Origin: Cyanophora paradoxa CCMP329
Taxonomy: Eukaryota > Plantae > Glaucophyta
DNA length: 64,000 bases
Assembly (NCBI GenBank): GCA_004431415.1
Contig: QPMI01000250.1
Coordinates: forward strand, 1 to 64,000
Reading direction: 5' to 3'
The position numbers were made by a program, and so were the translations under genes. The notes beneath the pieces were generated by a model that was not told the DNA's origin, made no database searches, and saw nothing but the letters and a program-made list of their open reading frames with translations. Shown piece by piece: positions 54,201-64,000 of this stretch (position 1 is the stretch's first letter; every line of letters starts with the position of its first letter).

Positions 54201-57200
54201 GGAGGCCACAATGGCTTCACCAAGCGATCAGTCCTGTTGAGAAAAGGAAGCCAGAGCCCAAAGCCACCGTTTTCCGTGAACGCCTCAATAATTTCTCGAC
54301 CAGGAAGAGATGCCGGGGAAGCAAGCCACGATTCCAAAGAGTTTGCGGCAAAGGCCAGCTGGAAGTGTTCGGGGGAGGGCGCTCCGAGACCGCCGAGAGA
54401 TACAGGTCGACACGAAGCAGTGGTCATGCCCTGATGAGGTAAGATGAACGCATCGGAATTTGAAGAACGTTTCCAGACAAAGGTCTGTAAATTCTTTGAA
54501 ATAGCCCGGAGGATCTTAGGAGGTGCTGGAACCGCACGGATATAAAAGCTTAAGACCCCTGACAAAAAGCATAGGCGATGCGACCCCGTCCAAGAAGGGA
54601 CGACTGGAAATCGACAGCTGTCTCCATAAAGAAGGTCGCTTTATGCTGAATCATGTTCCAAGACGGATGGTGCTCGCGATCAAGAAGGAGCTGATGAGGG
54701 AAACCGAGCTGCTTATGACAAGCAGGATCAAGCTCAGCGACGCGGAGAACAGGGAATGGCAAGGGATCGGACGGATCGAAATCCAATGGTGAGGCAGCCG
54801 GTTCCCTTAGAACAATAGCAAGAGATTTCTCGATAGAGAGATGTTGACCAGAGAGTGGTTTGAAAGAGGCAAAACGTGCGTGGATAGCTAAGAGAGAGTC
54901 ACGTAGAGAGAGCCCCTGGGCGCGGAGCAGGAATAGCTGATAAATATCGTCAGCAAACTGGACAAGGGGGTGCCAACAGGGCGGGGTATATCAGTGAGTG
55001 AGAGCAAGAGAGAACGTAGAGGGCTGATCGAGAGAATGAAGGAAACTGGGCTCCAGGGACCACCTTGAATGGTGCCCACAAGACGTGAGAACACAGAAGA
55101 GAATAGCCCATTCGCAAATACACGTGCACGGAGGGGAGCTCGAGGGTTGTACAGACAGTGGTGCATTCTTCGGATAAGCCAGGGCCATTGTTGCACATGG
55201 AGAACGAGCGCCATAATAACCCAAAGCAACAGATCGTAGGCAGACTTAAGATCAGAGTCAAACCCGATAACACAGTCATAATTGGCGTAGCGGATGCGTG
55301 TATACGTTGCCAGCACTGCAAAGACATTTTTATGAACGTCCCGACCTTGTACGAAACCGAACTGATCTTCAGGAATGATGAGTTGTAAGATCGGATTGGC
55401 TACTGTGACCATAGTCCGTTCGAACAAGCGCAAGAGTGTGTTAGAAACTCCAATAGGTCGGTATTTCGAAGCATCAGTGGGCAAGCCTGACCGCTTCCAG
55501 ATGAAAGTGTATGTCAAGTCGCGCATAAAGTCAGGGAGGAAGCCTTGAACAGCGATCTTTTGAAAGTAGGCAGCCAGGAAAACAGACCAGGGCTTTGTGT
55601 GCATCTTAAAAATGCCAACGGGAATTCCATCAGGACCTGGTGCCCCATGGGCATACGCTTTACTAATAGAGAACGCTACGTCGTCAGGAGAGATATTAGT
55701 CTGAGTGCGCCAAACAGGCCCTGAGGCGGGACAATCCCCTGAACATGGGGCAAGATATCGTCCACAAATTGTTGAATGAAAGCAGCAGCGGAGGGATTAT
55801 CCGGAGACGCCGGAAGGAGGATATCAACAGTAGGGTCCTCGGGGGGTTCAGGAGGGGGGCAGAGAGCGTCGAGGATAGAGGTCTGAGTCAACAGGAAAGC
55901 AGGGGTAGGAGCGCCCAGTTCTACAAGCTTTCTAGCCAAATAGTTCGCAACCGCGCCAGGCTCAACAGTGATAACAGTGGGACCATCCGAGGTGAAGTGC
56001 AGCGGCGGGGGGACAATGGAGGAGGGCTTGGCGAGCCGCGCCCAGTCACGCTTAGAGCCGCTTTCGAATGTAAGCCGGTGCTGAAGCCTGGCAAGCTGAC
56101 GATTGCTGAGAGAGACCTTCTTCTGAAGTTCGCGCAGGGATTCAAGCCGCTGGGTGCGCTCGCGGTACAGCGCGACAGCATCGGAGCCGGGCGGCAAGCG
56201 GTAGATCTTCATTTCAACGTCGCCCAGCGCTTTGTACGCCGCGCGCTCATGCGTATAGAGCTTGCTTATCACATGTGCTCTGTGCTTACGCGCCATCTTG
56301 CAGAGCCGCTTGGAGAACGAGCGCCATGTGTCATCGAAGACAGCAGCATCCGTAACTACCTCGCCTTCACCACGCGCTTGAATGATAGTGTCCAGAAATT
56401 GGGTCAAGTGCGTTTCCGTGCGCTTGCGCAGAGCAGGGTCGAGGCAGACTGGATCGCCGCGCTGAGAATACTGTCCGGGCAGGTTGCTGACGAAATCATA
56501 CGGGAACGCTTGCACGCGGGACCGGGGCAAATGACGGTGCACACGAGGGCCTGAAAAGGAGAGAACAAGAATGCGGTGGTCCAGCTGAAGATGGAGTGCA
56601 TCGGATGGCGCTAGGAGCGAGTAAGTGGCAAGGCGACGCTGGAACCACTTGGTTGCAAGAGCAAAGTCGAGGCGCGAGTTTACAGCTTTAAGGCTAACAA
56701 TTCGTGAATAAGTTGGGGCAAAAGCTGAGGCAGTTCCGCCGGCAGGAGGCGGTGGAGCATGGTTCGCAAGATCATCAAGCTGGTGGGAAGTCATCGTTGT
56801 GTGAAGGTACGAGCGCTGCAGGGAATTAGGCTTCGGGGTGCGGTGATTCCAGTCTCCGATCAGAAGCATAGGCACAGTAGCGGAGAGATACCCAGCCTGC
56901 ACACAAGATTGCCACCATTCACGGCGGTCCCTGTTATCACTAGCAGGGGCATAGACACAAGCCAAGAGTACGGTCGTAGCAGGGAAGGAACCCGACGCCT
57001 TGTACGCAACAGAGACCGAAATAAAACGTCCATCAGAGTCCTGACGAGCAAGTGTAACCTCGTGCTGTGCAGCAAAGAAGGGCGTGACCATTATGGCAAC
57101 ACCAGTGGAGCGGGATTGAGTAGGAGCAGAGTGGAAGAACGGGCCTCGCCAGGCAGCTGCAATCTTTTCAAGTTTTCCCAAAGGGTGACCAGCGTCATCA

Positions 57201-58048
57201 AATTCCCGTAACTTAGTTTCCTGTAAGCAGAGGATGTCTATCTTGTGAGCAACGGCAAACTTCCTGCAACGTTCCACAAAGTTCTGCAGCTTGCTGGGAC
57301 TATTGAGCCCGCCCACATTTAATGATGCAATGTTAACCAAACTTAATCAGGCCATGGCGGTGCACGAAGGCGGTGAATGTGGGGCAGCGGGGCAATCCCA
57401 GCAATGAAGGGAAATGCAATGCTCTCCAGATGAAAGCCGAGGACCCGAGAGCTTAGCCCGGCATCAGCTTCGAGAAGGACTGAGTGCGCAGCTAGCACGG
57501 CAGCAGCTCCGAGAAGTACGATCCGAGTAACGGTAACTGGCCGCGTCGACGTCTGCACATGGCGAGAGCTGAGCCGGGCGTACGCATGACATAGAATGTA
57601 CCGAGCTTGTGTGCGACAGGAGCTGGAGGCGGGAGCACAGCTGCCGGATGACGCCGCGCGGACGTCAAAGACGAAGAGCATGTTGGTGGACAGGAGTCTC
57701 GCGAATCCGGCTGCCGCAAGGAGTTCAAGGCAGCGCGCACGGGAATGCGCAGGCAAAGCGACAGGGATAGGTGCCCGAAGGACAGGAATAGGTGCCTCGC
57801 GGCAGATTGCAGGTGCCCAAGGGCAGGAGAGTCTCAGAACGACGCATAAGACAAGGATAAGTGCGCACCACGCTCCGCGCTGCTGCTGCTGTGCTGTTGC
57901 GTGCCTCGCCAGCAAGTTACCTAGACTCTCTCAGAGTCCGACGGTCTGAGAGCCCCACACTCAGTGACTGTTTCCCGGGTCCGACGGTCCTTCGAATTCG
58001 AAGGCTTCCAGCCTTACCTCTCGAGCTCAAATCAAGAAGGAGGGCCCA
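51231..58048 (+). pseudogene. GRF-type zinc-finger gene fragment split by LINE copy 2 in its poly-C intron
   Basis: 51231-51437 and 58008-58048 are the reverse complement of contiguous parts of 58840-59060. Confidence 0.75.
51439..58007 (-). mobile_element. Family A non-LTR retrotransposon copy 2, longest copy (~6.57 kb)
   Basis: TSD CCAGCCTTA (51430-51438 / 58008-58016) and (TTC)n tail. ORF2 at 51707-57340 is broken by an 8-bp insertion (~55720) and several homopolymer indels. Confidence 0.95.
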
Positions 58049-58127
58049 TGAACGAAGTAGGAAGCCCCCTGAAATACGTCGTTCATGAACACTAACTACA
58101 ATCCAGTCTCTTCTTGTAGGCAACCTA

Positions 58128-58176
58128 AAGAAGAGTATGTATAAGACAGCCTCCGGAGGAAGAAGAAGAAGAGTAT
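58128..58176 (-). mobile_element. Two tiny family A 3'-tip insertions
   Basis: AAAGAAGAGTATGTATAAGACA (58128-58148); (GAA)nGAGTAT (58161-58176) flanked by AGCCWCCGGAGGA. Confidence 0.6.
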
Positions 58177-58227
58177 AGCCACCGGAGGAGGCTACGTAAA
58201 AAAAAAGCTACCCCGTGCCCGAGGAGG

Positions 58228-58620
58228 GAGAGAGAGAGAGAAATGCAGTAGACACATCCACGCCAGCAAGACTGGGTATATAACTGCACTTTTTGACATT
58301 TGACCACTTCTGCCCAAAGTCCTACCCAAACTTTGGCCCCGAATGGGACGTGCAAGGCCCGTCAGGAGAGAGAGAGAGCAAGTAAAAGACACGCCCACGC
58401 CAGCAAGACTGGGTATGACAGAACCGCAGAGGCCCCTAAAGGAGCTTGCAAGGCCCGTCAGGGACCCACTAGCGTGGGGAGTGAGTGGAGCCATGTACAG
58501 GACCCTGGGCCACCACCCCCAGGGCGCCAGCAGAATGAAAAGGCAACCCATGTGGACACCCGACGGCGCCACATAGGAAGAGCCTGAATCCCCGTGACAG
58601 CCCGCTCCCTGTCGGGCATT
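58228..58620 (-). mobile_element. Two tandem family B (TC)n-tailed units
   Basis: (GA)n..GACACRYCCACGCCAGCAAGACTGGGTAT..TGCAAGGCCCGTCAGG at 58228-58366 and 58367-58462+. Confidence 0.65.
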
Positions 58621-58719
58621 CTCAAGCTCGTGGTATATGTCGGCCCTGAGGGGGGTGGTCAGCGCGCACGCTCGTGGCCTAGACTAGGACTAGGACTAGG
58701 ACTAGGGGACTAGGGTGGA

Positions 58720-58914
58720 CTAGGGGCTCGCGGGGGGAGCTCGAGGGTGGGGGGTGAACCAGCCTAAGCACCAGGTGCATGCCTCGCGATCGGGCTCGCT
58801 GCGCAGGCTGCACATGAAGAAGGGTCGGTTTTGGTTCTGGCCCTCCTTCCTGATTTGAGCTCGAGAGGTAAGGCGGGGGTGGGGGTGGGGGTGGGGGGGG
58901 GGGGCGGGTGGGGG

Positions 58915-58945
<31 letters not shown>

Positions 58946-59060
58946 TGGGGGGCGAACCTGACAGGCTTCACCCGCATTGGAATTCCACAGTCACAGTTGG
59001 GGTTCTTGATCTTGGCAGCGCGGGCGGGGGCGGGAGCGGGGGCAGGGGCGGCGCTGGTTT
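58720..59060 (-). pseudogene. GRF-type zinc-finger gene 3' part (5' end lost to a LINE fragment)
   Basis: Splicing out the poly-C intron (GTTCGC..AATCAG) gives NPNCDCGIPMRVKPVRKEGQNQNRPFFMCSLRSEPDREACTWCLGW, the zf-GRF pattern. Confidence 0.7.
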
Positions 59061-59160
59061 GAAGAAGAAGAAGAGTATGTATAAGACACGCGTACGCCCA
59101 AGCTGGTTGTGTGGTTTTGACGAAAGGCGAAGGACCCGAAGGCCCGAAGCACAATCAACA
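59061..59160 (-). mobile_element. Family A LINE, 100-bp 3' fragment
   Basis: (GAA)nGAGTATGTATAAGACAC..GAAGCACAATC; joined directly to the tRNA upstream flank. Confidence 0.85.
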
Positions 59161-59348
59161 GCTTGATGTTGTGTGGTGTGGTGTGGTGTGATGTGGTGTG
59201 GTGTGGGGTGGTGCCCCCAGTCGACGTCCAGCCCCACTTGAGCAGAATGCACCAATAAGAGACGGAAAGGAAGCCTGAAGATGTGTAAGGAGCAGTGGAG
59301 TTATAGGAGGGTGGTAGTGTGACAAGCCCCACAAAGGCATCCTGCCTC

Positions 59349-59430
59349 GAGCAGGTGGCCGAGTGGTCTAAGGCGTTGGTTTTAGGCACCAATCTCCCCG
59401 GAGGCGCGGGTTCAAATCCCGTCCTGCTCA
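59349..59430 (+). tRNA. trnL: tRNA-Leu(UAG)
   Basis: Same 82-nt cloverleaf as 42447-42528, followed by TTTT. Confidence 0.95.
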
Positions 59431-59595
59431 TTTTCATGTTCTGGGCACTAACCACTGAGCATTTCCTTTTGGCACCTTTTCCCGACCTTTTTGCCCTTTT
59501 CCAGGCAGTTGGGGCCATTTGCATATCAGGGACTAACGTGTGCAACCCCCCCCCCCGGTATACGTCAATTCAAACTCGGCGGCAAATTTTTGAAC

Positions 59596-62500
59596 ATGGC
59601 GGCACCGGCGGCACCCGCGGCGGGCTCCGTGCCCGCGGGAGAAATCGAACGTGTCGTGATCCACAGGAAGGGCAGCCCGGATGCGCCGCCTGTGCATTTC
59701 AAGCCGGACATGCTCAACGCCCGCCCCGTTGACGTTGTCCTGCGGCTGCTCAAGACGACTGTGTTTCAGAATCTGGACGCCGAGAACATGGAATTCGTGC
59801 TCGAGAAGCGCCACGACGGCACGTCGGAGGAGCTCGAAGACATCAGCCTCCTGTGCTCCACCTCGGGCTGGAAGACGGGCAAGCAGGGCGTCTACTACAC
59901 GGCAATGGGTGCGCGTGCTCACGCTAACCGCCGCCCGCGCTAACCGCTCGGCGCGCAGACGACCAGCCCGAGGTCGCCGCGCCGGCCGAGCCCGCCCAAC
60001 GGGCGGCCACCTTCGGGGTCCGGTTTAGCGGCCGCTCCAGTCAGGGCCTTGCGGACGCGGTCGCGAGCTCGGGGCGCGGTGCGCTCGCAATCGCCGCCAT
60101 GTCGATTCAAATTTTGGCGCCCAACTGACATTCAAATTTTGGCGCCACGCGCACAGGCTCGGGCGGGCCCACGATCGTGCGCCCGCATCCTCGCGTCGCC
60201 ATGCGATCCTCCTCACGCTATACGCGCAGCCGGAGGGGTTCGACCCCTCGGCAAGGTGGCCCCTCGCGCCCAGGTGACGACGAATGCGAAGGCCAAGGCC
60301 GCCGCGGCCGCGGTCACTCAGAAAGAGAAGGTCATGGCTGCGGCGGGTGCCGCGGTGAAGAGCGGAAAGGGAATCGAGGCAGTCAAGCCTACGCCCTTCT
60401 CATTCGCGACCTACGCCCCGGCCGCGGACGCGGCCTGGAAGCCTCTCCACGACATGCTCGCGATCCTCGGGAAGAGTTCCGCACCGAGTGCGTCGCGATC
60501 CTCGGCTCGTTGCTTCCGTGATTGCGCGGGTCTTCCTTTCGAACCTGATCGCGCGTCTTCGTCGCAGTACACATCCTGAGCGAGGAGATTTTCGTGAACT
60601 ACTTCGACCCGAAGGGCTTCGAGATGGCGCGGAACATCACGAACCGCAGCGCGAACCAGCCGGAGTGGGGAACACGCTGACTGTTGCCACGGCTGTCATC
60701 ACCGAGATCGTGGATCCGAGCAACCCCGCGAAGAAGATGCATGTCGTCCCCTGGACAACATCGAGAAGATGTGGGTCATGCAGGTTAGCCGCCTAGCAGC
60801 ATGCATTGCGTCCTCTTCTTCCCCATCCCACCTCTTCCTTTTTTCCTTCTTTCTCTGTGCTCACTGCATGCTTTTTGAACACCCGCAGGACCCTGTCAGC
60901 ATGCAGGACTGGAACCTCTTCGTGAACAAGCACTTGGCCAAACCGACTGGCCAGCACATCATCTTCATGGGCGAACCCACCGCCAAGATTGTCAGGGACG
61001 TGCGTGCATGCCCTTTGATTCCTCTTCTCTGGCCTCTAGAGCACACTGACCGCTTGCTTTCGAGCAGTTCGTAAACAAGAAGGCTGAATTGGCCGCCCGC
61101 CGGAGCCGTGGTGTGGCCGACTTCCAGGAGCCCCGGTACAACGTCGTCTTCAAGCTCGGGACGTCCGGGAAGGATCCAACGACCATCACAATCGAGATCG
61201 AAGGCATGCTTGATCCGCACCCCTACACGCAGCTCGCTGGTCTGTGCTCCTTTCTCCTTTCTTGGCTTGTGCTCCTTTCTGTAAAGGTCCCTCTTCAGTC
61301 TAACCTTAGCACCTGCTCTTCTATCTGCAGATGCATTCTCAGCGTTCATGACGAAGAAGCTGAACGCTGAGGAGCCCCTGGAAGTGTACAAGATGTTCGT
61401 CCCCAACAAGCCGCCGAAGGGCGCGGGCCGGCGGCCCAACAACTTCCAGGACGCCGTGAATGAAATCACCCCTGACAACTTCCCAGTGTCCAGTGCGTTG
61501 TGCTCTCCTGGCACCCGATGCACCGCGCCCTTCTCTGATGCATGTGCCCCGTGCAGAGCTCACCGAGGTGATGGCCTACGAGGCGAACTGCAACTACATC
61601 GGTGTGGTGCTCACATCGATGTACTTCGAGCGGGGGTCGCAGCATGCCATCCTGCGGACGATGACTACGCCCGAAAAGGTTCTCAGACTGCCCTTCCTGC
61701 TTAGTTCCCCTCTGTCCACCGAATCTCACTCTGGTGCTGAGCAGAAATACTCCCTCAACCGCAAGGACCCGGAGCGGCTGGTCAATCCCACGTCGGGCGG
61801 CGCCCTCCTGCAGTCGTATGTCAACGGCATTGCAATGTGCCACGCCGCCATGTTCCACAAGATGTGCCCCACCGACGTCCTCAAGCTGCGGGACGGCATG
61901 ACTCGCCCGCTCTCGGTCTGTGACAGCTCAGGCTCCAACCCAACCCTTGCAGGGACTGCCTGACTCTTGCAGCAGCTCCGCATCGAGGATGCCCATCGGG
62001 AGCTCGTGAACCTGGAGCTGCGGCCGTACGTCGTCCCGGAGGACAAGCTCGAGGACGCGATGAAGGATGCCCGCAACGGTACGCCCGTTTCTGCCCTCGC
62101 CGTCCCCTGTCTCATGCTTCTGGAGCAGGGAAGTCTGCTTTCCTCGTCCATCCTTGCAGTGTTTGCGGCTACAAGCGCATCGGCAACCCGGAGCACGACG
62201 AAATTGTGGAGAAGTTCAGCAGGACCAGCAAGCACGTCTTCGTCTGCGACTGGCTCGGCTACAAGTGCTACCAGGGGCCCTGCTTCGGCGTGTGCCGGCA
62301 GGGGTCCAAGGACTTCTGCCACTGCGAGGAGGAGGACGGGCCCGTGGAGGACGTGGAACACGTGGAGAAAACGCCGGCGCCTCCGAAGCGGGGCCGGCGG
62401 TCCAAGACGGAGAAGGAGGCAGCAGCCCAGGCCCTCCCTGCGGCCCCGCCCTCCCTGACCCAAGCTCGGCTCCTCCTCTTCCGATCCCCTCCCTCTCGAC

Positions 62501-62680
62501 ACCCCGGCCGCCTCGAGCTCCCGTCCGGCGGCGGAGGGTTCGCGCAAGCGTGCCCGCACGATGAACTACGCCGTCCTCGCCAGCGGCGGGCTCGACCTGG
62601 AGGCCGCAAAGGAGAAGGCGCAGCAGGAGAAGGGCAGCAGTAGTTGCTCTGAAGTAGCTGCTAGCTCTGCACAGCAGTAG
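59596..62680 (+). CDS. Uncharacterised multi-exon protein with C-terminal Cys cluster and basic tail; end 62643 or 62680
   Basis: GC3-rich exons separated by GT..CAG introns; CDWLGYKCYQGPCFGVCRQGSKDFCHC; PPKRGRRSK; apparent homopolymer frameshifts near 60670 and 60750. Confidence 0.6.
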
Positions 62681-62949
62681 CTGCAGATAGCCTGTGCTCT
62701 TGGTAGGATTTTATTTTCCTTCATGTCCATTCCGAGCTCTCCCGCTGGGCTCGCAACTCTATATATGTATCCATGTGTTTGCTATCTATAGTAATGTGCT
62801 GTCTATCGCTGTGTATGTATCTATGTCGGCTGTTTATCGCTGTGTATGTATTTGTGTGCAATCTGGATTGATTTCGTATGTGTGCCTGCGCTCTCCTCTC
62901 TGCGTGCCTGGCCATGCATGCATCCCTTCAAGGTTCCCTTCCCAAGTTG

Positions 62950-64000
62950 ACAACAACATCTCGTGTTCAGAGCACGACTCAGCGACACGTTCACAGAGCT
63001 TCACGCGGAACAGGAAGCGCCGCGGGAGGGGAGCGACCCCCGCACGGCTAGCGCCTAGCGCCAGCAGTTGCGGCAGCGAGCGCCCTCCTTGTTGTACTTG
63101 GGGTCCGAGGCCCGGAGCGCCTCCTCCGAGCTGAACTCGGGCCAGAGGATCTTCCCCTTCATCTGCGCGCACCGCCTTTAGCTACTGAGTGCCTCAAAGC
63201 CGGGCACGCGAGCTGTACGCACGCGGAGGGCCGGGCACGTCGGGTTCTGGCCCGAGACCTTGGAGACCTTGTGGATCTTGCCCGTCGACGGACTCCCGGT
63301 GTACTTCTCGTTCGGTGGAGGAGGAGATGCGTTGCGCCGAGCTTGCGCGCGGCGGGCTGCGGGGGCGCAGGGCGCTGACCTAGCTCGGCGCGGATGGCGG
63401 TTCAAAACGAGGACGCGCCACGGGCGACGGCGGCCGCGTACCTTCCTCGACTTCCGTCTTTATCGTGCGCACCTCCACCGTGAGCGCCTCCAGCTGCCGC
63501 TGGAGGTCGGCGATGAGCTCGCGTTCGGAGGGAGCGGCGCCCGCAGCGGACGCCGGCTCGGGGGCTGCTGCAGGCCGCCGGAAAGTGAACTCCTTGCCGC
63601 GAAGCGGCCCGGACTCAAAGACGCCGGCCGCGGCAGGTGCCGGGTTGCGCGAGTCCATGGGTTTGACGGCGTCGTCAAGCCAGGGGGTACGCGTCGTTAC
63701 CATGCTCCCGGCTGCGGCCGCCGGTGCTCCTGCGCCGCCCGTGGCGGCTGTCGCGGCCGCGCAGTTTGAGCAGCCGGGTGAGCAGCTCCCCGACCTCATC
63801 GTAACAGCCGTGAAGGATATATCGAAGCACGGCGAGAACACCGTGTCACTGGCACCGGCGAAACTAGATGCTTTCATCGCCGAAGTGGCGGCGATCTTCG
63901 ACGTTCCCGAATTCGCACGGCCCTTGCTCAAACTCTACGTGGTGCTCTGCGGCGCTGGCCACTGGGTGCCCAACCAGCAGGTCGGCAGTTCGCCGCCCGT
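62950..64000 (-). CDS. Hypothetical protein, partial (5' end outside the window)
   Basis: GC3-rich ORFs 63380-63931 and 63178-63405; coiled-coil ERELIADLQRQLEALTVEVRTIKTEVEE. Confidence 0.35.

Noticed and set aside
46830-54970. Programmed frameshifts within ORF2
   Set aside because: Indels fall in G/C homopolymers and differ between the two copies, so they are likely sequencing errors or decay
57955-57980. Hammerhead ribozyme (GAAAC..GTC..CTGAGTG) in the LINE 5' end
   Set aside because: Stems I and III cannot form and the CUGANGA core is imperfect
58679-58725. (CTAGGA)n as a telomere remnant
   Set aside because: Short, differs from TTAGGG at two positions, and is explicable as a local microsatellite
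42354-59523. Inverted arms as TIRs of one giant DNA transposon or Polinton
   Set aside because: No TSD at the outer ends and no transposase, integrase or PolB inside

Overview
Left end of a linear eukaryotic chromosome. About 6.7 kb of (CCCTAA)n telomere is followed, within ~630 bp, by a multi-exon gene that splices into an LRR-LRR-ZZ-SAM-TIR protein. Its TIR domain is SARM1-like and keeps the catalytic Glu. From 14.3 to 41.4 kb lies a compact block of intron-rich housekeeping genes (MTAP, NDUFA6, glutamate 5-kinase, chlorophyll synthase, cystathionine beta-lyase, UGPase, UNC-50, SAPS/PP6R, BAP31, Tubby, fibrillarin, DCN1). Introns are mostly ~45-70 nt and several use GC donors. Nuclear chlG with a Phe-bearing transit-like leader, TTAGGG telomeres and tiny introns suggest a glaucophyte-like alga (inference). 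Two inverted, divergent tRNA-Leu(UAG) cassettes (42.4 kb and 59.4 kb) enclose a ~17 kb island of nested non-LTR retrotransposons. It holds two ~6-6.6 kb APE-RT-CCHC elements ending in (TTC)n, several 5'-truncated copies with TSDs, a related (TC)n-tailed family, and a duplicated, disrupted GRF-zinc-finger gene. Uncharacterised genes occupy 59.6-64 kb. Exon boundaries were read by eye. Single-base indels in G/C homopolymers are probably long-read errors.
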